A stretch of DNA of 63,740 nucleotides, the filler included, from Octopus bimaculoides (lineage: Eukaryota), in assembly GCF_001194135.2 (NCBI RefSeq). It is 7 parts of 7 records of this genome, joined end to end, with 100 filler letters (N's around TTAATTAATTAA, not from the genome) between each part and the next. Parts side by side here need not be neighbours in the genome. Positions count along the whole stretch, not along the records: positions 49,763 to 59,882 come from NC_069003.1; positions 59,983 to 62,580 come from NC_069005.1; positions 62,681 to 63,740 come from NW_026438045.1; 4 more parts are not named here. One strand, written 5' to 3'. Below are positions 51,891-63,740 of this stretch, one piece after another. Within the stretch, counting starts at the first letter, position 1. Each line of letters begins with the position of its first letter. The notes under the pieces were generated by a model, which searched no databases, had not been told where the DNA came from, and saw nothing but the letters and a program-made list of their open reading frames with translations. The position numbers were made by a program, and so were the translations under genes.

Positions 51891-52514
51891 AAGTCAAAAT
51901 AATGAAAAAATCCAGAAATACTTAAAGAATAGAGGTAAAGTGGCAATGTCCTGCCAGTGTATAATTGCAATTGCTCGATTTAGAATTCCCCCTCCCCTCA
52001 AAAAAAAAACAAACCAAATTTAAAGATAAAAAATGCAAAACATTCTCTTATCATTTTACTTTGCACTATATGACTGTATGTATACTTCTCCTCCCCGCAT
52101 GATACTTGCTAACCTCATATTTTGGCATATTTTCGTTTTTAAACGGTTTTTGACTGCTGGTTCCTACTTGACATAAAATACTTAAAAATCTTTCTATGAT
52201 GCTCAGGTGTTTTCAATCAGCTGTATTCTGTCTGACTGACTGTCATTGATACATATGCACACACACACACACACACACATGCATGTGTGCACATACATAT
52301 GTGTTTGTGTGTGTGTGTGTAGGCTACTAACCTCACCAAACGCATTTTTTTTTTCTTTTTGTGTGTGTACGAGAGATACTCAACCACTTCAGTAATTAAG
52401 TTGGCGATTTCAATCATTTGATCCTCTGTGCACCACAAACATTTAAGGGGTTATTTTCTGTTGTTGTTGTCATCACCACCACCATCATCATCATCATCAT
52501 TATCATCACCATCA

Positions 52515-52746
52515 TTCTTATTTGTTTACTACCCACAAGGGGCTACACAGAGAGGGGACAAACAAGGACAGACAAACGGATTAAGTCAATTATATCGATC
52601 CCCAGTGCGTAACTGGTACTTATTTAATCGACCCCGAAAGGATGAAAGGCAAAGTCGACCTCGGCAGAATTTGAACTCAGAATGTAGCGGCAGACGAAAT
52701 TCCGCTAAGAATTTCGCCCGGCGTGCTAACGTTTCTGCCAGCTCAC
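52515..52746 (-). mobile_element. Type A SINE, long-tail subtype
   Basis: Near full-length reverse-complement match to 2533-2763 including the tail ggggacaaacaaggacagacaaa. Confidence 0.88.
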
Positions 52747-53239
52747 CATCATCTTCACTATCAGCATCAATGTCATTACCTTCCCCACCATCTTCTCCAT
52801 CACTGTCATCGTCACCCTCTTCATCCTGTGCCATCACCATCGTTATCCTCATCATCATAGAATGAAGGCTCCTCTTCTTAAGTGTCAGTCACTCTTACTA
52901 GAAATAACAGCCAAATCCGTCTCATCCGACCATCTTTAAAATGAAACAAAGCTCACATTTTGGATAATATATCTCGAAAGACACACAGCCACCAATTCCA
53001 GATCCTCTCCCTCACCTGCAACACCATCACAAGACCGGTCAACTCTCCACACCACCGTCTACCAGTTACAAACAGCTGGCACCAACTTGACCCTTGCTCC
53101 GCTAATACTCTGCACATTTCATCCACTCCCCATGGCTTACCACAGGCAGCGCTGCAGCAAGGCAACCTGGATATGGTCACATGACTTGAAAAGAAATAGC
53201 AACTAAATCTACATTGAATTGTAAAGAAGTGCCGATTTC

Positions 53240-53450
53240 TGATTGTGGAGGGACCCCATGGAAGAGGTAGACCCAGGGAGATGTGAGAAGAGGTGGTGAA
53301 ATATGATTGTTTCTATGTTGAGTCTTACGAAGGTGATGACAAATGGCTGAGTGTTCTGCTGATTAGCTGTGCTCGGGAAGACCTGTCAAGGTAAGTGAAA
53401 TCATGGTCGTGGCCGTAGCCAGTGCTGGTGTCATGTAAAAAGCACCCAAG
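53240..53450 (+). mobile_element. RTE-type LINE 3' end fragment
   Basis: VEGPHGRGRPREM*EEVVKYD resembles the RTE C-terminal GRGRP..W motif. Confidence 0.5.
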
Positions 53451-53631
53451 CCAATAACATGTAACAGGCATAGGCATCACTCATCAGTCACCCTCCCTGA
53501 GTCACAGTGAAATCCTGAAGCCCTGAAATGAGCAGAAATTTTATGATTGGAACGCAGGATGATAGTAGGAAATGAGATGCAAGACGTAGAAAGAACTTTG
53601 TCTTTGGGTTTCTTCCCCATTTACTCTTTTA

Positions 53632-54002
53632 CTCTTTTACTTGTTTCAGTCATTTGACTGCGGCCATGCTGGAGCACCGCCTTTTAGCCGAGCAAATCGA
53701 CCCCAGGACTTATTTTTTGGAAGCCTAGTACTTATTCTATCTGTCTCTTTTGCCGAACCGCTAAGTTACGGGGACATAAACACACCACCATCGGTTGTCA
53801 AGCAATGTTGGGAGTTCAAACACATACATATATATACATATATACAACGGGCTTCTTTCAGTTTCCGTCTACCAAATCCACTCACAAGGCTTTGGTCGGC
53901 CCGAGGTTATAGTAGAAGACACTTGCCCAAGGTGCTACGCAGTGGGACTGAACCCAGAACCATGTGGTTGGTAAGCAAGCTACTTACCACACAGCCACTC
54001 CT
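53632..54002 (-). mobile_element. Type B SINE, full length
   Basis: Both halves present with internal (CA/TA)n; short repeated tail. Confidence 0.9.
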
Positions 54003-54690
54003 AAATTAAACCTTTATGAACCCTTGTCTGAGCAACCCCATCACTGTATCTTCTTATGAAAGTAAAGATGCATTGGAAATGAAAGGGAGAAACAAAGTTA
54101 TATGGCATCAGTTTGACTGTAGGACCTGCGATCATTAGACGAGAAATCAGCAATTGAAAGACATTTTTGTGCGAGCAGGCTGGACCAGATGATTATCACA
54201 ACTTCTAAGTCCGACTCCGCTACCAATTCCTCTTAGCACACCTTCATTAATGTATAACTATATTCATGTTATATTCCGATCGACATCAGTCAAAGCAGTC
54301 AATCGTGTCTCCTCCGCTGTACATTCGTCTTCACACTCTGCTGCCTTCTTCCATTAACCGCGTCATGCTCTGTAACCCACAGCCTTAGATTGACTGCCTC
54401 CGTATCAGTAGAGATGTCGATCCAATCCGCATCCAATCGTACATGTTAAGTCTTTCCTCTCCGCTTCACCCGCTTCCAACATCCTCTGTACTCATTCACC
54501 CTTCATCTTCTACCCAACCATATGATGTTTTACAGTTTTACTCCGGGTCAGTGTTTTGCTATTGGATAATATTTCAGAAGATTCTTGTGTATGTGTGTGT
54601 GTGTGTATCCATATATAGATATATATTTATGAGTGTGTGTGTGTGTATGTTTGTATATGCATCTATAGATTATATATTTATGAGTGTATG

Positions 54691-54730
<40 letters not shown>

Positions 54731-54857
54731 TTTATGTTTGTGGATGTGTGTATCTAAAATATGTATCTATGTGGAACATGTGCTTGAAAATTTGCACATC
54801 TATATACATATCTCTATATGGGTAATTATCTATATATATATATATATATATGTAGGT

Positions 54858-55198
54858 GGAGGCGCAATGGCCCAGTGGTTAGGGCAGCGGACTCGCGGTC
54901 ATAGGATCACAGTTTCGATTCCCAAACCGGGTGTTGTGAGTGTTTATTGAGCGAAAACACCCTGCTGTACTCTTCCACCACAACTTTCTCTCACGCTTTC
55001 TTCCTGTTTCTGTTGTACCTGTAATCCTAAGGGCCAGCCTTATTACATTGTGTCACGCTGAATATCTCCGAGAACTACGTTAAGGGTACACGTGTCTGTG
55101 GAGTGCTCAGCCACATGCACGTTAATTTCACGAGCAGGCTGTTCCGTTGATCGGATCAACTGGAACCCTCGACGTCGTAAGCGATGGAGTGCCAACAA
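54858..55198 (+). mobile_element. Type D SINE with an internal deletion
   Basis: 14-bp TSD ATATATATGTAGGT at 54844-54857 and 55199-55212. Lacks the segment between aaaacacc and ctgctgtac that is present at 14891-15281. Confidence 0.92.
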
Positions 55199-55624
55199 AT
55201 ATATATGTAGGTTACACATGCGCATGGATACACACACACAAGCCTAGGTACAAAATACAAGTCAGATTAATGTCTCCAAAAATTTATGCTAACACAAGGT
55301 TATCAAGGTAAACCAAAATTTGTTAAATTGAAAGTGAACTAAGAAAATGTCTCTAATAGACAAAAGCATACAAAAAGAAAGTTGAGAAGAAATATGATAT
55401 TCTAAGAAAAGCCAAATTGTGTTTGACCCATGCAATCATAGAAAAGTGTATGTTCAATAATACTGATCATCATCTTAAAAGAGTGACCGTCATTATCATT
55501 ATGACAAAGGAATCCTCTCAAGAGATCAGTGCTGGACAGGTACTTTGGGTACTTTATTTTAACAACTCTGAAAATATGAAAGGCAAAAATTGACCCCTGC
55601 AGAATTTCATCTCAGAACATAATC

Positions 55625-55830
55625 CTTTCTACCAAAGACACAAGGCCTGACATTTGTAGGGAGGGAACTAGTCGATTACATCGACCCCAGTGTTTCACTG
55701 GTACTTACTTAATCGACCCTGAAAAGATGAAAGGCAAAGTTGACCTCAGCGGAATTTGAACTCAGAACATAAGGACAGATGAAAATGCCACTGAGCATTT
55801 TACCCAGCATGCTAACGATTCTCCCAGCTC
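55625..55830 (-). mobile_element. Type A SINE
   Basis: Type A body and tail; additional degenerate fragments at ~55550-55620 and ~55850-55880. Confidence 0.85.
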
Positions 55831-56667
55831 AGAGCCAGAAGAAATGCAGTTAGGCTAACAATTCTGCCAGCTCACCTCTTTGTTTTTCAGGTATAATATT
55901 AAACCTCCAGCATTCTTATAACTATTCAGCCCTATTCTAGGGAGTGGTGCAACAAACTGTTTCTTCCTCCCAAAATGTGTAGCTTAGTGCTTATGTTACC
56001 ATTTATTTCTTTTTTTTTTTTTCTTTTAGGTAAGTACATGATTCTGTTCACAACTTTATGATTGAAACCATTTCGTCTTCCCAGTCTTCCCAAAGAGCAG
56101 TATCAGGTCTGTTGATGTTTTTACATTGGTCTCATATGCATCTATGCCAGTGTCCCACCCTCTGGTTCTTTTCCTTTTTTTAATCCTTATTTGCTTTTTA
56201 AGCAACGCAACAAAATATCGAGTTATCTCTAAATCAGAGCCCCTGATCTGAATATCACACGCACACATACACTATATATATATATATATGTAGATATGTC
56301 TTTCCCTCCCTAATATTTTATTTGTTCTTTCATTCTGACTTTCCATCTGCTTTCATTTTCCTTTGTGTTATCCCATATCTGTCTGTCTTGCAGCCACACA
56401 GCCTTCTTTGTTATATATATTTTATTTTGTTGTTTGTTTTCGTCATTGTCCTGTACGTTTGTTAGCTATTCCCAGTGGCTCTCTGCCTCAGGCGCCACCA
56501 AAAGTGAACAATATCAACATTAAAGGTACGAAATTGTAATGATCTTTTGAACATTGACTGAAGAGGAATTAGCTATGAATTTTTTGTTACGGTTTTGTAA
56601 AATTTTCCATTTGCTGTTTTTGTTAAATTTTTGAAATGCGTATATATATATGTGTATATATATGTAA

Positions 56668-56727
<60 letters not shown>

Positions 56728-56961
56728 TTAGTTTGGGTGAAACAGTATATTTTGTCAGACTAATGATTAGGAATAAAATATGTTTTTATTCAGTCTCAGA
56801 TGTATTTCTGAGTACTTTATTCTAAGTGGCTGGATATAGCATCTTTTTGGGCTTATCATCCTCTGGAATATGAATATATTTTTCCAATTTAATAACTAGA
56901 TGTTTTATAAATCATTAGGTGTTTATAAATCATGACTCTGTTGTGAGTTTCTCACTTAAAA

Positions 56962-57075
56962 GCAGTCGACCTCGGCAGAATTTGAACTCAGAAGGAGCAG
57001 CAGACGAAATACTGCAGAGCACTTTGCCCGGCATGCTAACGATTCTGCCAATACGCTGCCTCAATAATGATGATG

Positions 57076-57109
<34 letters not shown>

Positions 57110-57212
57110 TAACAATAATAATAATAATAATAATAATAACAATAATAACAATAATAATAATGATGTCATTCTTATTGTTATTGTTGTTATTCAGATTATC
57201 ATTTGTTATAAT

Positions 57213-57251
<39 letters not shown>

Positions 57252-58495
57252 TTATTGCAGGCAGGAAATATATACAACAGGGTAGTCGGTACTAACAGTG
57301 GGTACCCCACCAAAAAAATAGATGCAGTGCATGATGCCGGGTAGACGGTGAGAGACCTGAAGTGCACCAGTTGCACAGGGGGTGGTTTTGGTAACATGAG
57401 CAGGCTTCATTTGAAGGCTACGGACTGTTGACATGGCCCTCTCTCTCTCTCTCTCCCCCCTCTCTCTCTCTCTCTCTCTCTCAGCGGTAGGATCTAAATC
57501 ATCTGGTTAGGTGTCATATACACTTTACTGAGATGCTTTGTTATTCTTTTTGACTGTACCGAAGAGCTAGACGGAGGGGGGGGTAGAGACAGGCAGGCAG
57601 ACAGACAGAAAACAGTCTGTGAAAGTAAAATGGTGAGGATGATGATGATGATGATGATGATAATGATGATATATTTTTGATAATAATTTTTTAATAATAT
57701 AATAAGGATGTTTATTCTTCTTTTATGAAATTGAATAAAATGAAAACTAAAACAACAAAGAAATTAAAACTCATGACAAGGAAGAGGAGGAGGAGGAGGA
57801 GGATTTTATTTTTAATAATAACGATAATGATGATGATGATGATCCTTTCTACTAGTAGAAATTTGGTGGGAGGGGACTAGTCGATTTGATCGACCTCAGT
57901 ATGTAACTGGTATTTAATTTATCAACCCCAAAAGGGTAAAAGGCAAAGTCGACTGCAGCAGAATTTGAACTCATAATGTGAAAACCGATGTCATGCTGAT
58001 CGCCCGGCATGCTAACGGTTCTGCCAGCTCACCGCCTTAACAATAATAATAATAATAATAATAATAATAGTAATAATAATGATAATAATAGTAATAATAA
58101 TGATGATGATGATGATGATGATTTCAAATTTGGGCATAAGGCAAGCAATTTCAGGGAAGGGGATATGCCGATTACATTTACCCCTACCCCCACCCCGTAA
58201 TCAAATGGTACTTATTTTATCAACCCCTGAAACAGTGAAAGGCTAAGTCCACCTAGTCAGAATTTGAACTCAGAACATGAAGACAGAAGTATGAAATCTG
58301 TGGAAAATAGTCCTTTCTAATAATAATCCTTTCGGGTCTCTGGGCCTGAGTATAGGTACAAAGCGAGGATTTTTTCATTTATTTATTCATTTTTGGGGGG
58401 GGGTAGAGGCTGGTTAATTATATTGGCCCTACTGTATGACTGGTATCTATTTAATGAATCCCGGAAGAATGAAGAGCAAAGTGAACCTTCATAAT
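56962..58495 (-). mobile_element. Cluster of four co-oriented type A SINEs separated by (AAT)n/(GAT)n
   Basis: Copies at ~56962-57062, ~57845-58040, ~58122-58290 and ~58325-58495. Confidence 0.78.
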
Positions 58496-59982
58496 AATAC
58501 AGGGGTGCTGGTTAGACGGTGGTGATTGGTGTGTGTGGGGGGGGGGCTGTATGTGAGAAGTGACGTTACTTAAGAGTTTGATCTATTTTGGAAGGAACTA
58601 CGTTTTCGGGTAAATTGCATATCATTTGAAAGGAATTACTGTGGAAATGAATAAAGAAATAAATAAAATAAGTAAATAAATAANNNNNNNNNNNNNNNNN
58701 NNNNNNNNNNNNNNNNNNNNNNNNNNNNNNNNNNNNNNNNNNNNNNNNNNNNNNNNNNNNNNNNNNNNNNNNNNNNNNNNNNNNNNNNNNNNNNNNNNNN
58801 NNNNNNNNNNNNNNNNNNNNNNNNNNNNNNNNNNNNNNNNNNNNNNNNNNNNNNNNNNNNNNNNNNNNNNNNNNNNNNNNNNNNNNNNNNNNNNNNNNNN
58901 NNNNNNNNNNNNNNNNNNNNNNNNNNNNNNNNNNNNNNNNNNNNNNNNNNNNNNNNNNNNNNNNNNNNTTTTGAAGGAGAGGAAAAAAAAATCTTTCAAA
59001 AAGATGGAAAAGGAGTAAGTTATATATATATGTGTATATATATATATATATATGTGTGTATGTATGTGTATTCTTTATGCAGTGGAAATAAATGTTGTCG
59101 GAAGAACTCTATTTGAGAATCTAATAGGGAATTGATGTGAGTTAACTAGATTCCACAAAAGACACTGTTAATTTAGAAATTTTCGAAATACAGTCATAAG
59201 TGTAACTGTCAGAGAAAAACCAAAAAAAAAATACAAAAAACAAAAAGAAAGCAGCAGCACGTGTATGTACATACGTACACATACATGTGTGTATATGTGA
59301 GTGTGTATATATGTATATGTATATGTATATGTATGCACACATTCACAATCGTCTATGTATGTGTGAAATATGTATTAACCAAATTCTTCCAGTTAAAAAA
59401 CAACTTCGGTCTCCCTCCGCAACATCTGAAGTTTTGTTTATAGCGTTTCAAGTTCTATAGTTACCCTAGCCATAAATCCTGCTTTTTTCAAACGTCTGTC
59501 TGCCAGTTTCAGGGCCTACTTCCTGATTTTTATTACCGAATTTATGGCACAGTTAAATGCCAGTATTGGAAAATCATTGAACATCGGGACAGAATTTAAG
59601 TACCTTGCCGTTTGCATTACAACCTTCTAGTGTGGAATCTTTTACGCCCCTTTCTCAAAAGTCCACTGCCACCACCACCACTATTACCCCCACACCATTT
59701 TGAAGAACAAGAGGAAGAATTCTTTGTATGCCTTGATCTTTTCTTTATTTTTTTTGTTTGTTTGTTTTTTCTTTTTACTTGTTTCAGTCATTAGACCGTG
59801 GCCATACTGGGGCACTGCCTCGAAGGGTTTCGGTCAGACAAATCAACTCCAACTGTCAAGTGGTGATGGTGGTGGTGGTGGTNNNNNNNNNNNNNNNNNN
59901 NNNNNNNNNNNNNNNNNNNNNNNNNNTTAATTAATTAANNNNNNNNNNNNNNNNNNNNNNNNNNNNNNNNNNNNNNNNNNNN

Positions 59983-60418
59983 TAGGCATGGCTGTGTGGT
60001 AAGAAGCTTACTTTACAACCCCATGATTCCGGGTTCAGTCCCACAGTGTGGCATCTTGGGCAAGTGTCTGCTTCTATAGCCTCGGCCGACCAAAGCCTTG
60101 TGAGTGGGCTTGATAGACGGAAAATGAGAAAAGCCCGTCATAAGTATATATATATGTATATATTTATATGTGTGCGTGTGTCTTTATGCCTGTGTTTGTC
60201 CCCTACCACCGTCGCTTGACAACCGATGTTGGTGTGTTTACGTCCCCGTAACGTAGCGGTCCGGCAAAATATACCGATAGAATAAGTACTAGGCTTACAA
60301 AGAATAAGTCCTGCGGTTGGTTTCTTCGACTAAAAAACACTTTAAGACGGTGCTCCAGCAGGCCGCAGTCAAATGACTGGAACAAGTAAGAGAATAAAAG
60401 AATAAAAGAATAAAAGAG
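59983..60418 (+). mobile_element. Type B SINE, full length
   Basis: Head ggcatggctgtgtggtaagaag..gggttcagtccc, internal (AT/GT)n, (AATAAAAG)n tail. Confidence 0.9.
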
Positions 60419-60454
60419 ACGTCATTCTTGGCTCGTGTTGTTGGCGTTGTTACT

Positions 60455-60860
60455 GTTATTGCTTAGCCCCGGGTCAACTCTGATCCAACAGAACTATGAT
60501 CAAAGATGTTCTAGCCGTGAGCATCTAGTCTAACATTTAGCTTGGTGTGATGATAATGTCTTTGCTTACTTTCAGGTCATCCTTGATCGGGAAGAACAAT
60601 GCAATGACCAGAGTGTTCTATCCGCGACCATTTCGCACTTTGAATATCAAGGCGTACAGTGTAGCGTAAGGCGTGATTTCACCTAGGCTCAGTAGCTATT
60701 TTGTTGTTACTTAGTATCAAATTAGTCCTGATCCTGCAGAACTCTGATCAAAGCATTCCTCTGTCTCACATTCTGATCTACTGGGGTAGATTAATGGCTT
60801 ACTGATTAGTGTTATGTGAGTACTGATCAAGGAGACTTATGATTAAAGGCGTTCTAATAG
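60455..60860 (+). repeat. Cryptic degenerate tandem array, about four units of ~110 bp
   Basis: Recurrent gctta......gtca..ctgatc....ga.ctatgatcaaag..gttct motif near 60455, 60560, 60705 and 60800. Confidence 0.5.
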
Positions 60861-60861
60861 T

Positions 60862-61187
60862 GAAGGCGCGTGGTTTAGTGGTTAGGGCATTCAGCTAATG
60901 ATTGCAAGGTCGTGAGTTCGATTCCCGGCGACATATTGTGTTCTTGAGCAAGACACTTTATTTCACGTTGCTCAAGTCTACTCAGCTGGCAAAAAGGAGT
61001 AGGACCTGTATTTCAAAGGGGCCAGCATTGTTATATTCTGTGTCACGCTGAACCGCCTTGAGAACTGCATTAAGGGTACTTGTGTCTGTGGAGTACTCAT
61101 CCACTTGCACTTTAATTCCACGTGCAGGCTGTTCAGCTGATCGAATCGAGTGAAACCCTCGTCGTCGTAACCGACGGAGTGCCATTT
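60862..61187 (+). mobile_element. Chimeric SINE: type C head plus type D tail
   Basis: 60862-61000 matches the type C head (cttgagcaagacactttatttcacgttgctc..ctcagctggcaaaaa); 61003-61187 matches the type D tail (acctgtatttcaaagggccagc..cgtcgtaaccgacggagtgcca). Confidence 0.85.
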
Positions 61188-62193
61188 AATAGTGACCGTC
61201 CAATCTTATTTTAATATTATCCAATTATTAGTATATAGTGGGAGTGGTCAGTGCTGTTGTGGTTGAGGTCGTGGTTGGGGAAATGGCGTTTATAGTAGTG
61301 GTGGTCATGGCAGTCGTGTTTCATGGAGTAGCAGTCGGAGTATTAGTGATTAGTATAATACCTAGTGTTGAATGCATGTGATAGTATATTTAGTATTGTA
61401 AGAGGAATATAAAGAGACGGATAATGACAGAGAAGTAAGGGGGGAAAGAGAGTTAAAAAAAAGAGGTTGATATCACTGAGAGAGAGAGAGAGTGACAAAG
61501 AGAGAAACAGTGGGAGAGAGAGAAAGGGGGGGAAAGAGGGGGGATGGGGGGAGAGNNNNNNNNNNNNNNNNNNNNNNNNNNNNNNNNNNNNNNNNNNNNN
61601 NNNNNNNNNNNNNNNNNNNNNNNNNNNNNNNNNNNNNNNNNNNNNNNNNNNNNNNNNNNNNNNNNNNNNNNNNNNNNNNNNNNNNNNNNNNNNNNNNNNN
61701 NNNNNNNNNNNNNNNNNNNNNNNNNNNNNNNNNNNNNNNNNNNNNNNNNNNNNNNNNNNNNNNNNNNNNNNNNNNNNNNNNNNNNNNNNNNNNNNNNNNN
61801 NNNNNNNNNNNNNNNNNNNNNNNNNNNNNNNNNNNNNNNNNNNNNNNNNNNNNNNNNNNNNNNNNNNNNNNNNNNNNNNNNNNNNNNNNNNNNNNNNNNN
61901 NNNNNNNNNNNNNNNNNNNNNNNNNNNNNNNNNNNNNNNNNNNNNNNNNNNNNNNNNNNNNNNNNNNNNNNNNNNNNNNNNNNNNNNNNNNNNNNNNNNN
62001 NNNNNNNNNNNNNNNNNNNNNNNNNNNNNNNNNNNNNNNNNNNNNNNNNNNNNNNNNNNNNNNNNNNNNNNNNNNNNNNNNNNNNNNNNNNNNNNNNNNN
62101 NNNNNNNNNNNNNNNNNNNNNNNNNNNNNNNNNNNNNNNNNNNNNNNNNNNNNNNNNNNNNNNNNNNNNNNNNNNNNNNNNNNNNNNNNNNNN

Positions 62194-62237
<44 letters not shown>

Positions 62238-63394
62238 GTAAATACACACACATATATATATGTACATACACACACACACACATATATATATACATACACA
62301 TATAGATATTTATAAACATAAATCTATATATCTATGTATACATGAACTATATGTAAATATTTATAAATGCAATGATTTTTTTATATATCTATGTATGCAA
62401 ACCATTGTGTGTGTTTATATATATGTGTGTGTGTGTGTGTGTATGTGTGTGTGAGTGTGTATAAGTATTAATAAATGTACATATATATATATATGTATGC
62501 ATACATATACATATGCATATATACATGCATTTATATGTACCTGTGTGTATTTATAAATATATATATGTATATGTATATATNNNNNNNNNNNNNNNNNNNN
62601 NNNNNNNNNNNNNNNNNNNNNNNNTTAATTAATTAANNNNNNNNNNNNNNNNNNNNNNNNNNNNNNNNNNNNNNNNNNNNAAACATTTAAATATCTCATT
62701 ATATGACGCATAAATTACTGATCAATATATAATATATTTTTGTCTTCAAATCTCGAAAAAACTTTTACACTAATAGATATGTTACGGAATTACTGTAGTA
62801 AACCTTGTTTATAATATTAACTTTGTCTTCTTAAGCAATATTTAATCTTTCAACCCCTACTTCAGCCCAACTTTTCTTACATATATATAAAATAATCCAT
62901 TCATGTAGATTAATAGACCACCCAATAACTTTATTATTTATTTATTTATTAATTAACTTTCAATCATTTAATATCTCATTCACTAATATAAGAATTACCT
63001 TCCGATAAATATCCCTCCGCTTTATTACTAATTACCACACATCGACAGTATTTATATACGTACTAAGGAGTGTATACTATTGCGTATGAGTCTCTATGTA
63101 TATACATGTAACAACACATATATAAATATATATCTGTGTGCAAATGTATGTGTATGAGTGTTCGTATATACACGTGTATCTGTGTGTGTGTGTGTATACA
63201 TTCATGTTTTTGTAAGAAACTATATGTGTTTGTATAGATTTTTGAGTATATATATATATTTGTTGTTATTATTAATAATAAAAATATATATATAAACGTG
63301 TGTATATGTGCTTGGTTGGATGCATGTATGTTTATGTGCATATATATGTTTATGTTTTTATATATATATACATATATGTGTGTATGTGTGGATA

Positions 63395-63429
<35 letters not shown>

Positions 63430-63506
63430 TTGTGTTTGCACGTGTATGTATGCATGTATGTATATGTATATGTATGTATATATNNNNNNNNNNGTATGTG
63501 TGGATA

Positions 63507-63541
<35 letters not shown>

Positions 63542-63584
63542 TTGTGTTTGCACGTGTATGTATGCATGTATGTATATGTATATG

Positions 63585-63625
<41 letters not shown>

Positions 63626-63740
63626 ATATATGTGTGTGTGTGTGTATATATATGTATATATATATGTGTATATATATATATATGGATATGGATGTGTGTA
63701 TATGTGTATATATATATGTGTATATATTTATATATATATG
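62194..63740. repeat. (AT)n/(GT)n/(AC)n-rich simple-repeat region
   Basis: Directly visible; similar tracts occur throughout the window. Confidence 0.85.

Noticed and set aside
63382-63600. ~100-bp direct duplication either side of a 10-N gap
   Set aside because: Typical overlapping contig ends left unmerged; most likely a false duplication.

Overview
AT-rich eukaryotic DNA from a gappy short-read assembly, dense in microsatellites and decayed transposable elements. The SINE repertoire and simple-repeat load suggest a coleoid cephalopod such as octopus, but this is inference only. No intact protein-coding gene, host exon, rRNA, functional tRNA or CRISPR array could be supported, and the long ORFs in the track are gap or microsatellite artefacts. 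Recognisable elements: two 5'-truncated R4/Dong-type RLE LINEs; a full-length dead Tc1 element with a nested SINE; mariner, maT-like and Tc1 fragments; a hAT MITE with an 8-bp TSD; Helitron/Helentron-type pieces; several Penelope-like (GIY-YIG) fragments; RTE fragments; and more than 30 tRNA-derived SINE copies of four types, labelled A-D here. The most interesting observations, all found by eye and none yet shown to be a novel system, are: a Penelope RT+GIY-YIG copy flanked by ~230-bp inverted repeats, one carrying a hammerhead-like remnant; a 156-bp locally templated insertion with a 15-bp duplication; a decayed S-Q-V-N tetrapeptide (12-bp) repeat; three long palindromes; SINE head/tail module swapping; and an unexplained coding-like segment at 15.4-16.2 kb.
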